Assembly: GCA_964632315.1 (NCBI GenBank)
Contig: CAZWEM010000005.1
Location: 32,001-96,000 of the forward strand
Origin: an uncultured archaeon
Lineage (GTDB): Archaea; Asgardarchaeota; Lokiarchaeia; Sigyniarchaeales; SOKP01
Length of the DNA stretch: 64,000 nt
Direction: 5' to 3'
A model generated the notes under the pieces. The model was not told the DNA's origin. It saw nothing but the letters and a program-made list of their open reading frames with translations, and did not search any database. Of the stretch, positions 46,904-57,749 are shown piece after piece. Each line of letters begins with the position of its first letter. Position 1 is the first letter of the stretch. The position numbers were made by a program, and so were the translations under genes.

Positions 46904-49267
46904 ATGGTAAAAAAATCGGATTTGAAGAAGTTAAATTCAATCATGCAAGAAGGAAATGATTTTAAAAATGAAAAGAAGTATAATAAGGCAATAGAAAAGT
47001 ATTTTGAAGCTTCAAATTTTGTGGAATCTCGCGTTAAGGATCCTATTGAGAAACAAGATGAACTTTCTAGCATTAAGTCCCAAATAGATCAAGTTTACTC
47101 AATAGAAATAATTGACATAGTTGATACAGCTCGGGAAAGCATAGAAAAAGGAGATTTCAAACAATCATTCAAGTTACTCGACGAAGGAATGAGAATAGCT
47201 GATAAGATTGAGGATGTCGATCTAAAAAATTATGAGATAGAAGAAATCTCCTACTTGAGCGCTAGGTTCAAGATAGATATGTCACTTGATAAAGCTCTTA
47301 AGCTAAGGGAGGAGGGTAAATTGGAGGAAGCTTTACAATCAATGAAAGAATTGTTAGTCAATGCAGAGGAATTTCATCAAGATGATCTCGAGAACGACCA
47401 TCTTAGGCAAATTAAAACAACAATAAATGAAACTTATTCATTATTAATAAAAGATCATTTAAAAAAAGCGAATCAATTTGAAACAAAAAATCAATTAGAA
47501 AATGCTTTCGAGGTATATGAGAATGCTTTAAAGATAGCAGATGATATGCTTGAATCAGATTTTAAGTTGAGTGAAATTAGCAATTTGAAAGATAATATAA
47601 ATAAAGTATATTTAGACATGATCAAACCTTTGGTCGAGGAAGGAAATTCATTAGTTAAAGAAAATAAGTTTGAAGCTTCATCGCAGAAATTTGAAAAAGC
47701 TTTAGAAATCGCCAATAAAATGTATCAATCACCTCAAAAAGAGGCTGAGATCAAAAATATCAATAATTTAGCTTCTCAAGCATTAAATCCTGTATATTTG
47801 GAAAGAATGAAACCAATATTAGATAAAGGAAAAGAACTAATCATTAAGGAGTTCTATGAAGATGATATCAATATAGTTAATGAAGCAATAAGTAAATTTC
47901 GTAAAGCTCTTGAGTTAGCTGAAAATATGGCATCATCTGAAGAAAAAACGGTAAAAGTTGATGAGATTAAACAGCTTATAAATAAAACTTGTAGAGCAAG
48001 AATAAATCTACTTAAGGATCGATCCTTGCAAAAAATCGCTAAGAGGGAGTTTGATAAAGCAGTTAATGAACTCTATGCTGCGATGAGTGTTGCAAAGAAA
48101 ATACCTGTTCCAGAAGAGGAAAACGAAGATTTTAATGATCTAAAACAAGCAGTAAATGATGTCTATAATTCTCAGGTTGATGAAATATTAAAAAAAGGAA
48201 ATTCGGAATTAGCGAAGAAAAATTTTGATGAAGCAATAGAAATTTTTAACGATGCCTTGAAATTGACTGATAAAATGTATCTCACAGAAGAAATGGAAAA
48301 TGTGGTTAACAAAATTAAAGGATTAATATATCAAGCCGAATTGAAGCATTTAGTAGGTAAAGGTGATTTAACAGAAGAACAAAAGAAATTTGAAAGAGAG
48401 CTTGAACGATTAAATAAGAAAATGGAATATGCTAAAACCATTGATGATTCAGGGCGTAAATTTGCTGAAATGGAAGAAATCAAAACTTCGATTGATGAAG
48501 TTCATAATTCAGAAATCGAACTGCTTGTAGAGCAGGGTAGACAGTCGGCAGATAGTAAAGAATTTACTGAAAGTTTTGATTATTTTGAAAGGGCTTTGAA
48601 AGTACATAAGCGTATTGAAAGTCCAGAATTCAAAAACAAAATACCAATAAAATATCATTATAAAACGGAATTGGTAAATAAAGCAAAATTAGAAATTTCT
48701 AATAGAAACTATGAAGAAGCAATTAAAGACTGTGAAAAAGCCATCGATTTGGATTCCACATTTATAGATGCATATTATTATATAGGGATAGCAAACATTC
48801 ATAAAGAAAATTATAGTGAAGCAATTTCCTTTTTCAATAAAAGTATCGGACTTAAAAATGACCATGCTGAATCTTGGAATCAACTAGGATATGCTAATGA
48901 ATTAAAAAATGATTTTGAAGAAGCCAAAAAAGCATATAATCGTGCGATCGAAATTAACCCGAATTTTGCTGATGCTCATTATAATTTAGGAAATGTTTTA
49001 AAACTCACAAATCATCATCATGAAGCAATAAATTATTATCAAAAAGCAATAGAATTGGATCCAAATTTTACACTAACTTGGTTATTCTTAGCATCTGAAT
49101 ACATAGGAGAAAAAAATTATGAAGGTGCTATTAATAGCCTTGAAAGCGCTCTGAACTTAGATTCAAGTTTAATTGATATGTATAAGCCCGAAATAGAACA
49201 AGTTAAAAGCGTTATAAAAAATTTGAATGGTAAATTACACGAAAAATTCATACACCGAAATGATTAA
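46904..49267 (+). CDS. TPR / alpha-solenoid protein
   Basis: Long helical repeats, canonical C-terminal TPRs (AIEINPNFADAHYNLG). Confidence 0.88.
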   Translation: MVKKSDLKKLNSIMQEGNDFKNEKKYNKAIEKYFEASNFVESRVKDPIEKQDELSSIKSQIDQVYSIEIIDIVDTARESIEKGDFKQSFKLLDEGMRIADKIEDVDLKNYEIEEISYLSARFKIDMSLDKALKLREEGKLEEALQSMKELLVNAEEFHQDDLENDHLRQIKTTINETYSLLIKDHLKKANQFETKNQLENAFEVYENALKIADDMLESDFKLSEISNLKDNINKVYLDMIKPLVEEGNSLVKENKFEASSQKFEKALEIANKMYQSPQKEAEIKNINNLASQALNPVYLERMKPILDKGKELIIKEFYEDDINIVNEAISKFRKALELAENMASSEEKTVKVDEIKQLINKTCRARINLLKDRSLQKIAKREFDKAVNELYAAMSVAKKIPVPEEENEDFNDLKQAVNDVYNSQVDEILKKGNSELAKKNFDEAIEIFNDALKLTDKMYLTEEMENVVNKIKGLIYQAELKHLVGKGDLTEEQKKFERELERLNKKMEYAKTIDDSGRKFAEMEEIKTSIDEVHNSEIELLVEQGRQSADSKEFTESFDYFERALKVHKRIESPEFKNKIPIKYHYKTELVNKAKLEISNRNYEEAIKDCEKAIDLDSTFIDAYYYIGIANIHKENYSEAISFFNKSIGLKNDHAESWNQLGYANELKNDFEEAKKAYNRAIEINPNFADAHYNLGNVLKLTNHHHEAINYYQKAIELDPNFTLTWLFLASEYIGEKNYEGAINSLESALNLDSSLIDMYKPEIEQVKSVIKNLNGKLHEKFIHRND

Positions 49268-49331
49268 ACTTTGTAAAACTCATTAAAATAACTAAAATCA
49301 AAAAAAAGAAAAGTAAGATTATCTCTTTGAT

Positions 49332-49706
49332 TTAAAGGAGATTTGATGCATATTGATTGACTAAATATTCTATCTTTTCTCGTTCTAAATTATCCTTTTC
49401 CAATTCAGGACACATGTGCTCAAGATGGCATAGTAATTCGTCTAATCATTGTTCAGCTTCTTATTGGTCAATACCTTCTTGATCAGTCAGGACAATTGAG
49501 CCGAGTAAATTCTTTGATCGCTTAAATAGGATTGTATGTCCTCCCATCTTCAGCTGATTTAATTCGGAATTAAAGGATTCTTTGACGAAACCGTGAATAG
49601 CCGCAAATAATCCCCCTTGTAATATGTCTTGATGAGACTCAGAGGTTAATGGATTTGAACCAACAAACCCAGCTAACCTCATTAAAACAGCATATTCGCT
49701 CGTCAT
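49332..49706 (-). pseudogene. Longin-domain pseudogene (two in-frame stops)
   Basis: MTSEYAVLMRLAG...LQGGLFAAIHGFVKESF...IDQ*EAEQ*LDELLCHLEHMCPELEKDNLEREKIEYLVNQYASNLL*; stops TAA 49461-49463 and TGA 49446-49448. Confidence 0.7.
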
Positions 49707-49907
49707 ATTGTTGTCACATCTTTTAATTTTTCCATAATTTAAAGTTGCCTTTTGGCAGAAATAGCAAATAGCATCAAAATTATTATAAAAAAAATGTAAA
49801 ATTTCAACCATAAAAATTAAGTTCATTTTTTTGTATTTTGCTACAACAACAATAATAAAAAAACACACGAATTTAGTTTTTTACCACAAATTGTACCCTT
49901 GACTCGT

Positions 49908-50747
49908 TTATGATAATCCTACTAATTTCATACTAATGGCCCACAGTTTTTTCGCAAGCTCAGTATCATAAGTTTCTTCCGATGATTTTTGTTCTTGTTT
50001 TTTAATGAAATATTTTCCGTTTATTGCTTCAACATCTGGTGAAGATGCCAAATATATTGAGGTTTCGGCTCCCTTTTCAGGACTTTTAAAAAATCTTCTC
50101 GCAATTCCTCTTCTTGGTTTGTCCCTGTCTACACCTAAATTTGAATTGACCATTCCGGGATGAACAGTATTCAGAGTTACTCCAGTTCCTTCTAATCGCC
50201 TACTAAACTCATATGATGTAAGCATTAAAGCTAACTTTGAATCAGCATACAATCCCATGAATCGACTTTTTTTGTTTTCTCCTTGTAGATCTTCTAGATC
50301 TATTGTTCCAAATTTATGTGCTGCTGACGCAACATTTATTATACGACTGGGAGCACTTTTTTTTAAAACATCAAGCAATAAATGGGTTAATAAGAAAGGT
50401 GCTAAATGATTGACAGCAAAATTCATTTCAAATCCATCATCTGATAACTCCCGCTTCGACAGCATTACCCCAGCGTTATTGATCAATATATGTAAGTATT
50501 GATATTTTTTTTTAAATTCAGATATTAAATTTCGGATTGATTGAAAGGATGCCAAATTGCAAAGAAGTAAATCAACTTTATGGTTTCCAGTTTTCTCAAT
50601 AATTTCTTTTTGAGCATTTTCTCCACGAGTTTTATCACGACAAACCATAATAATAGTAGCACCCATACTTGCCAACCCTATAGCAGTTGCTTTTCCAATT
50701 CCAGAGTTAGCTCCTGTAATCATAATAATTTTACCATCTATACTCAT
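49908..50747 (-). CDS. SDR oxidoreductase (retinol dehydrogenase-like)
   Basis: TGANSGIG, NNAG, YADSK, HPG. Confidence 0.92.
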   Translation of the reverse strand: MSIDGKIIMITGANSGIGKATAIGLASMGATIIMVCRDKTRGENAQKEIIEKTGNHKVDLLLCNLASFQSIRNLISEFKKKYQYLHILINNAGVMLSKRELSDDGFEMNFAVNHLAPFLLTHLLLDVLKKSAPSRIINVASAAHKFGTIDLEDLQGENKKSRFMGLYADSKLALMLTSYEFSRRLEGTGVTLNTVHPGMVNSNLGVDRDKPRRGIARRFFKSPEKGAETSIYLASSPDVEAINGKYFIKKQEQKSSEETYDTELAKKLWAISMKLVGLS

Positions 50748-50848
50748 TTACCACAACTCGACAAATCATTTATTAATTACTATTCTATATTCTTCCATTT
50801 ATTTGAATTTTACAATTATATTTTACTATTTCAGAATTCATTTCTTCT

Positions 50849-52117
50849 TTAAAAACTCATAGCTTTCAAAAATTTAGGCCACAATGTTGCTTTTGAGAAA
50901 AAAGGAAGCTGAGCAAACAGTCTCTCTCCAACCAAGCGGTCATTTTCAGTTTTATATTCAAGAAGATTTTCAAGCATCAGTACTTCATAGACGAATTTTC
51001 TAACAGTTTTGTTGGTTACTAGCATTTCAGTATAAGCATTCCATATGGATTTCAGAGAAGAAAGATTTTCATAAAATAAGTATTCACATGCGTTTCCATT
51101 CCTGAAATACCCATCTAAGAGCTGTTTTTTAATTTCTCTATCATATTTACTTAAGCTACTTGAGGTTAAGGGTTCATTGCTAATTAAAAGTGGTTTGAGT
51201 ATTTTTGAAGCTATATGAGCACTAGCTAAAGCGGGAAGCATTCCCTCGTAAAAGAACGCTGTTACAAGCCCTGCAGCTTCTCCTAAAATCAGAATACGAT
51301 CACTAGACATCTTACTTATTGGATGTTTAGAAATATTTCCGACCACTACGCGTGAAAGATCCCAACTTATTCCTTTCAGGTATGGTTGAATTTTTTGATA
51401 ATTGTTTAGAATCCTCTTTAGCTTATTTTTTAACTGATCTGGTGATTCTTTATTCCCCATAAATCCCGTGTAAAGTCTCCCTTTTCCAACATTGAAGAAA
51501 AAGGGACCATTAGGACTAATATTTGGATTAAGATGGAACATGTATTGAAAGGGGAAATTTTCGTCCAATAAATCTTCATTTACTTCAGTATTCAGAGAAA
51601 TCCCCATATATGAATCTGGTGTTTCGAAGCCTAAAGATTTTTGTAATTCAAAACCTCTTGAACCCGTTGCTAAGGCTAAGAGCTTACAAGAATAGCTCTC
51701 TCCTTTATTACTGACAAGCTCAAGATGATCTGAATGACGATTTACTTTTGAAATTCTCTCATTAAATCTTGTCTCACTACCATTATCAACGCTTTTTTGA
51801 ATCATTTTTTCAAGAAAAATTTCCGTACTTGCGATATTTCCTATGGGTGTGCTACCAAACTCACTTGCATTAATTAATCCATCATATTTTTCACTTTTAT
51901 AATTAAGTTGGGTAAATAATCTCGGAAAAACAACCTTATCGTTCCAAAAGATATCATCAATATAGGGTTTATCGTGGTGAGCAAATATATTAGTCCTAAC
52001 TGGAATTTGTGAATCATAATCTTGACCTTCAATTAAAAGAACTTTAGCATACTTAGAAGATTTATAAGCGAAAGATGCTCCAGATATTCCAGCGCCGATA
52101 ATAGCAATGTCGTACAT
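50849..52117 (-). CDS. FAD-dependent oxidoreductase, geranylgeranyl reductase-like
   Basis: YDIAIIGAGISG, ATG, LGEAAG.V....EG. Confidence 0.75.
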   Translation of the reverse strand: MYDIAIIGAGISGASFAYKSSKYAKVLLIEGQDYDSQIPVRTNIFAHHDKPYIDDIFWNDKVVFPRLFTQLNYKSEKYDGLINASEFGSTPIGNIASTEIFLEKMIQKSVDNGSETRFNERISKVNRHSDHLELVSNKGESYSCKLLALATGSRGFELQKSLGFETPDSYMGISLNTEVNEDLLDENFPFQYMFHLNPNISPNGPFFFNVGKGRLYTGFMGNKESPDQLKNKLKRILNNYQKIQPYLKGISWDLSRVVVGNISKHPISKMSSDRILILGEAAGLVTAFFYEGMLPALASAHIASKILKPLLISNEPLTSSSLSKYDREIKKQLLDGYFRNGNACEYLFYENLSSLKSIWNAYTEMLVTNKTVRKFVYEVLMLENLLEYKTENDRLVGERLFAQLPFFSKATLWPKFLKAMSF

Positions 52118-52219
52118 AATTAATATAAAAAAAATGCAATTATAAAAAAAGGTTGTTTTACTTTTCAGATTCTTAATAATCTGGAAAATTAAGGGATCAT
52201 TTAATTTTATTACTTTTAA

Positions 52220-53230
52220 TTAAAGAATTTGCACGATTTCAAGACCATCTTCTTCATCAGCTACGTAGGCTATATTTTCCTCGATGTACACGTCATGAGC
52301 ATGCCCGCCATCAAAAAATTGAGCCACCTTCAGAGGATTACTGGTATCAGAAATATCCAACACGATTAACCCTTTTTCATAATCTGCCAAGAATGCTCTC
52401 TCATTTTCAATGAAAACAGCAAATATCGAACCTCCTCCGTGATAAAAGCCAACCTGAGAGATATCTAATGGGTTATTCATGTCAAGAATATGTAATCCTC
52501 CTCCATTTAATGCATGATTACCTACATAAATAAGATTTTCCACTATAAATGGATTCCAATAATCAACATTTGGTAAATAATAGCTTCCAATTTCTAATGG
52601 ATGTGAAGGATTACTGATATCTAATATTACTAATCCCGTGTAAGAACCATAGTGATCTAAAACACAAGCAATATCATTATAAACATGGAATTGAACACAA
52701 GATCCAGACATCTCATATCTAGATATGACTTCTATATTTGTAGGATTGCTTATATTTAAAATCACAAATCCCCTTGACCAATCTGCCACATATGCTAATG
52801 TCCCATCTACTTGAACATCAGTACAGCATCTACTTCCCAGATATTGATCAATTTTGAAGGGATTTGAAGGGTCTGTTACATTGATAACTTCTAAACCCTC
52901 AAAATAATTGGCAACATATGCAATATTTCCTGCTACATCAACTGCCCAAGGGACTCCAGCACCTAAATAGGACCCTAAAATATGTGGATTGGTATTTTGA
53001 CTGACATTAATTATCACTAAACCTCCTGGAGATTGATCAGCTTCGTCTATCACATAAGCAATTTCATTTGATACCACCACATCAGTTGCCATTCCTCCCG
53101 TATAAATTTGTGACAATTTAAGTGTTCCAAATGAGAAGGGTACAAAAATGAAAATTAAAGGAGTTATAATGCTAACACTGACGATAAGAGCGATAATAAT
53201 AATTAAAATATTTCTTTTCCTTTTTTCCAT
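52220..53230 (-). CDS. Membrane-anchored LVIVD-repeat protein
   Basis: N-terminal TM helix; repeats AYVA....GL.I.DIS.P.NP. Confidence 0.88.
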   Translation of the reverse strand: MEKRKRNILIIIIALIVSVSIITPLIFIFVPFSFGTLKLSQIYTGGMATDVVVSNEIAYVIDEADQSPGGLVIINVSQNTNPHILGSYLGAGVPWAVDVAGNIAYVANYFEGLEVINVTDPSNPFKIDQYLGSRCCTDVQVDGTLAYVADWSRGFVILNISNPTNIEVISRYEMSGSCVQFHVYNDIACVLDHYGSYTGLVILDISNPSHPLEIGSYYLPNVDYWNPFIVENLIYVGNHALNGGGLHILDMNNPLDISQVGFYHGGGSIFAVFIENERAFLADYEKGLIVLDISDTSNPLKVAQFFDGGHAHDVYIEENIAYVADEEDGLEIVQIL

Positions 53231-53309
53231 TGGAATCTCAGTTTAAATTGATGGTAATATACATAAAATTCAATAATAAACTTATAAATTTTTTCGCAGT
53301 GAACTAGTA

Positions 53310-54062
53310 TTAAATTATGTTTTGGATAGTTTTTGAAATCTTATCCAAATTGACCTCTGCCATTCCAGTAGGAACTGTAGAATCAAATAAAATAACCATA
53401 ATCAACGGATCCAACTTCCATGGAATTTTAATTATTTTAGAAAAAATCTTTTGATTATTCTCTAAACTATAAAAAGTCGTGCTAAATTCATTTGCTATTG
53501 CATACCGAATTTCTAATTCTTTTAAAGAGGATAAAAGGATCTCTTGTGGAAGAGAAGAATAAATCACATTTCCATTACTAGAAAACAAGGCTGCTCCCAG
53601 AATTTCATTTTCGAATACTAAACTTTTAATCAGTTCAACAATCTTACGGTATAATGGTTCACTTTCAAGAACCTCTTCTTGCCCAGCTATTATTTGATTA
53701 ATTTGATCATCAAAATCAGGATTCTGGATTTCTTCATAATCATCAAATTCATTGGAATGAATATACTTCTCAAAAACTTCTACAATAGTTAACAAACGTG
53801 ATTTTATAAAAAGCAAACTAACACTAGAATCAGATAAAATTGTGAAAATGTATTCATTATGGATTTTAAATACAAATCTAAAAACGCCCATCTCTAATAT
53901 TTCAGGAGTTTTTTTTGAAATCACATTTTCTGAGAAAGAAAAAATCGCTGAAAAGAAAGGAGTAATTAAATTGGGTTCAATATTTTTGAAATTGTCCGTA
54001 AAATTGCGAGAATAAATACATGCTCCAGTTTTTTTCAGTATAAAAAGGGAATGAATCCGCAT
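53310..54062 (-). CDS. Longin-roadblock fusion protein
   Basis: N-terminal SLFILKKTGACIYSR...LITPFFSAIFSFS (longin); C-terminal ILGAALFSSNGNVIYSSL (roadblock). Confidence 0.75.
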   Translation of the reverse strand: MRIHSLFILKKTGACIYSRNFTDNFKNIEPNLITPFFSAIFSFSENVISKKTPEILEMGVFRFVFKIHNEYIFTILSDSSVSLLFIKSRLLTIVEVFEKYIHSNEFDDYEEIQNPDFDDQINQIIAGQEEVLESEPLYRKIVELIKSLVFENEILGAALFSSNGNVIYSSLPQEILLSSLKELEIRYAIANEFSTTFYSLENNQKIFSKIIKIPWKLDPLIMVILFDSTVPTGMAEVNLDKISKTIQNII

Positions 54063-54215
54063 TGTTTTAAAAGCTAGATTATATAGAGAATGAAAAAATA
54101 CGTTCTTTTAAGTATTACTTCTATTTTTCATTTGACTTTCTCATAAATTCCAAAAAACTATGAGTTTCATTGAGTTTATATTAATAAAAAATGGAATAGA
54201 TCAATAATCTATATA

Positions 54216-54971
54216 TTACTTCTTGAAAAATTTAGGAAAAAATGTTCTAAGATTATTTATCTTCCAGTTAAAATCATATATATTCACGATATTTAGTTCT
54301 TCGCTTAAATAGTCAATAAATGCGGTTAAATATCTCATGGTTCTAATTGGTTTACTTATTACGTCATAGTGTTTTTCAGTTTCATTATAGTATTGATTAG
54401 CTAATTCTAAATATTTCTCTTCTGGATCATTACTATATTTTAAAGTAATAAAATACATTTCTAAGTATAAATTTCCGATAATATCGTATCGTACATATTT
54501 TACTTTTGTGAATTTTTCATCTTTACTTATTAGATCTATCGCTTTTTGAATATGAGTCAGTAATAATTCTATTGAAAATTCATGGGTTTTTTCCTTCTCT
54601 TGTATCCAGATCTCGATAAATGGATCAGGAGGAATGTTATATTTATATTCAAAGAAAAACTCATGAACATACTCTACAAAATTAAGATGATCATGTGGAT
54701 ATATCTTGTTGTTAGTTAAATTTAAATATCTATCAAAATAGTAAATCAAGTCAAAAAGTACACTACGACGACCTTCATCATACCAATTCTTCGGAATTAC
54801 TGTAAAATCTTTAAATATGTCTAATAGATTTTTAGATCTTTCCATTATCATAAACGCTAATTCAGCATCAATTCTTTCAGAAAACCTGGCTTTTAATTGA
54901 TTAATTTCTTTGATTTGTTCCTTGAATTCCTTGACGAGTTCAAGATCATTTTTTTCTGTCTGCAATGTCAT
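54216..54971 (-). CDS. Hypothetical helical protein
   Basis: 251-aa ORF, no recognised motif. Confidence 0.6.
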   Translation of the reverse strand: MTLQTEKNDLELVKEFKEQIKEINQLKARFSERIDAELAFMIMERSKNLLDIFKDFTVIPKNWYDEGRRSVLFDLIYYFDRYLNLTNNKIYPHDHLNFVEYVHEFFFEYKYNIPPDPFIEIWIQEKEKTHEFSIELLLTHIQKAIDLISKDEKFTKVKYVRYDIIGNLYLEMYFITLKYSNDPEEKYLELANQYYNETEKHYDVISKPIRTMRYLTAFIDYLSEELNIVNIYDFNWKINNLRTFFPKFFKK

Positions 54972-55309
54972 TTTAATAATGTAAAAATAAGTTTATTAAA
55001 TCTGGTGCTCATGTTTTATTAAAATTATCGATCATTTTCATAAGAAATTTAACCAATATTAGTTAATAATTAAAAAATAAAAAACAATCAGAGGAAAATT
55101 TAGTAAAGAATTAAATGAGCATAGAGTTTTCTAATGTTGGTGATCTAGAACGTTATTCAAGATTAGTAGGAAAGAAATGGATTTTTCATTGAATTTAATA
55201 TTTTATTAATTTAAACACCTTTTGCATTATTTATCATAAGAACACAAAGTTTTCGTTTTTTATTATTAGAGCCTCCTAGATAGGCTTATTTATCAGTTAA
55301 GATAGTAAG

Positions 55310-55391
55310 TTGTGTTTTTTATGGCACTATAAAGAGGTTTATATGTGTAGCTCAATTTTTTTAATTAAGATTGTGCTTTGATTATGCACTA
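55310..55391 (+). promoter_or_regulatory. BRE/TATA promoter flanked by two imperfect inverted repeats
   Basis: AAAGAGG-TTTATAT at 55331-55344; TTGTGT-N8-GCACTA (55310-55329) and TTGTGC-N9-GCACTA (55371-55391). Confidence 0.45.
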
Positions 55392-55405
55392 CTTAAAACG
55401 AAAAA

Positions 55406-55828
55406 ATGATGAAAACAATGTCTGATAATGAATTGGAAAGAATAAAAATGAAAAAAGCAGAAACGTTATTAAAAGAAAGTAAAATGCCGAAAGAGATTAT
55501 AAAGATTCATTCAATGGAAGAATTTAATAACCTCGCAAAAGAATATCCCGAAAAGATCGTTGTAGTCGACTTTTGGGCAGTTTGGTGTGGACCATGTATG
55601 ACATTTGCCCCTGTATTTGAGAGGTTACAAACGGAATTTCCAACAGATTTTATATTTGTAAAGGTTAACGTGGATGAAGTAGGATCGATTGCACAAAGAT
55701 ATCGAATAAGCGGTATACCGACAACACTTTTCCTTAAAGGAGGCAGTGTAATCCATAAGATTGTTGGAGCATATCCATACGAACATGTGAAAAAAACATT
55801 GAATGAATTAAAATCTCTCGATAATTAG
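55406..55828 (+). CDS. trxA: Thioredoxin
   Basis: DFWAVWCGPC, KVNVD, IPT. Confidence 0.93.
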   Translation: MMKTMSDNELERIKMKKAETLLKESKMPKEIIKIHSMEEFNNLAKEYPEKIVVVDFWAVWCGPCMTFAPVFERLQTEFPTDFIFVKVNVDEVGSIAQRYRISGIPTTLFLKGGSVIHKIVGAYPYEHVKKTLNELKSLDN

Positions 55829-55880
55829 AATTTTTTTATTTTTTAATTTCATAAATTATGATTAAAAGAGGAGAAAAAAT

Positions 55881-56327
55881 GTGGAAAGTATATCAAACCA
55901 ATTAAAACAGATGGCTGAGGAGAAAGATCTTTTTAGGAGTAGTAATCTTTTTAGATGTATTCTTGGTTTAAATGAGTTAGAATCACATGTCTTCTCCTAT
56001 TTATTAAAGAATGATTATGTCACCACTTTAGAACTTGCTAATGTTTTTGATAAAGATAGAAGCTCAATTCAGAGAGCTCTACAAAACCTAAGCGAGATGA
56101 AGGTTATACTAAGGGATTCAATGTCATTAAAGGATTATAATGACATTAAAGGAACAGAGGACAATGGAAGCAGGGGATATGTGTATGTTTATTCTGCAAG
56201 GGATTTGGAATATATTAAACTTCAATTTCAAGAGTTACTCGATAAGTGGTACGATTCCATGAAAAATTATATTAAATCATTAGATTCCCTTTTTGACTGC
56301 TATGAAGAAGAAGGAAGGATCTGCTAA
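55881..56327 (+). CDS. HTH transcriptional regulator (archaeal TrmB/MarR-like wHTH)
   Basis: CILGLNELE..VF..L, ELA..FDKDRSSIQRALQNL, GYVYVY. Confidence 0.8.
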   Translation: MESISNQLKQMAEEKDLFRSSNLFRCILGLNELESHVFSYLLKNDYVTTLELANVFDKDRSSIQRALQNLSEMKVILRDSMSLKDYNDIKGTEDNGSRGYVYVYSARDLEYIKLQFQELLDKWYDSMKNYIKSLDSLFDCYEEEGRIC

Positions 56328-56366
56328 TCGATCATCCTTTTATAAGTTCGGAACCTAATTTATTTT

Positions 56367-57677
56367 ATGACTAATAAGAACCTACCAAAAATATCTCTTT
56401 TACTTTTTATTGTAATCATTGCTCTTATTTCATCAATTTCTAATATGATTCCACCAAATTTAAGGACAATTTCTATATATTTTGGTTTTGGTGGAGATAC
56501 TTTTCCATTAGGGTTTTTAACCGCAATTTTCACGATTATATCTGGTTTTGCCATGCTAATTTTTGGTTATCTAGCAGATAAGTTTGTGAGAAAATGGATC
56601 ATAATTATCGGATCATCGTTATTCGCAATATTTTCCACACTAACTATTATTATTATGCCAGGATTTGGCGGATACTTAACATTTTTCATATTTGCGGTGA
56701 TGATGGGAGTAGGATATGGAGCTTTGATTCCAAGTTCATTTTCTTTAATAGCAGACATAGTATCAGAGAAAGATCGCTCAAAAGGATTTTCATTTTTCTC
56801 AATTGCTTCATTATTTGGAATTGTTTTAGGAAATGGGTTAGCAGCCTTTACATCAGACTGGAGAACCTCGTTTTGGATCATAGGTATAGCTGGATTAATA
56901 ACTACTTTCTTCTTAACATCTGTTAAAGAACCTTCAAGAATAGGCTTTGATCGATCTAACTTAAGTAACACAGAAAATCAAATAACATATCCATATCGGA
57001 TAAAACCTTCAGATCTACCTGCTATATTCAAAAAGAAGAGTAATTTTTGGCTAATCATCAATTTTATTGATACAATACCCACGGGGATCATTTTATTTTT
57101 ATTATATGAATACATGCTAAGTTATCACGGGATTGTTTCGGAAACCACGATATTTTTGTTGTTATTCATTTTATTAGCCACTCTTGTCGGAACCATCGTA
57201 TTTGGGTATTTAGGAGACAAATGGTTTAGCAAAGGAAATCAAAAAGCACGAGTTAAGTTAGCCTTATATGGAAATATTCTTCCAATCCCATTCGTTTTCA
57301 TAGCATTAATAATTCCCTTTCGAGCACCCAACATTTTTCCAGGAATTGTTATATGGGTTGTTTTAATGATGATTGGCATATTTCTGAATGGCGCGGTTAA
57401 TGGAAACTGGTACGCTACGGTTGTGGACGTTAATTTGCCCGAACATAGAGGTACGGTATTGGCTACCTCCAACTTCTTCGACATTATCGGCAGATCAATT
57501 GGACCCGTAGTTGGGGCTGTAATTGCGGATACGTTGGGATTTGTATATGGAATGATGATTTCTATCTTCTTCTGGGCTTTGATCCCCTTCTTTTGGATAG
57601 GTGTACTTAAAAATATAGTTCCAGAAATGGAACAAACCACAAGAATTTTTGATGAAAGGTTACAAAAAATCTCTTAA
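56367..57677 (+). CDS. MFS transporter
   Basis: FGYLADKFVRK motif A, about 12 TM segments. Confidence 0.88.
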   Translation: MTNKNLPKISLLLFIVIIALISSISNMIPPNLRTISIYFGFGGDTFPLGFLTAIFTIISGFAMLIFGYLADKFVRKWIIIIGSSLFAIFSTLTIIIMPGFGGYLTFFIFAVMMGVGYGALIPSSFSLIADIVSEKDRSKGFSFFSIASLFGIVLGNGLAAFTSDWRTSFWIIGIAGLITTFFLTSVKEPSRIGFDRSNLSNTENQITYPYRIKPSDLPAIFKKKSNFWLIINFIDTIPTGIILFLLYEYMLSYHGIVSETTIFLLLFILLATLVGTIVFGYLGDKWFSKGNQKARVKLALYGNILPIPFVFIALIIPFRAPNIFPGIVIWVVLMMIGIFLNGAVNGNWYATVVDVNLPEHRGTVLATSNFFDIIGRSIGPVVGAVIADTLGFVYGMMISIFFWALIPFFWIGVLKNIVPEMEQTTRIFDERLQKIS

Positions 57678-57749
57678 GCTTGGAAATGCAAAAAGATTTA
57701 ATATTAGCATTTTCAATTATTTAAGTACCATTAATTAGGTGAAAAATTA

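Noticed and set aside
49446-49448. In-frame TGA as selenocysteine
   Set aside because: Preceded by an in-frame TAA, not in a redox motif, no SECIS seen
55115-55192. 25-aa ORF ending LVGKKWIFH, HxlR-like fragment
   Set aside because: Too short to separate from chance
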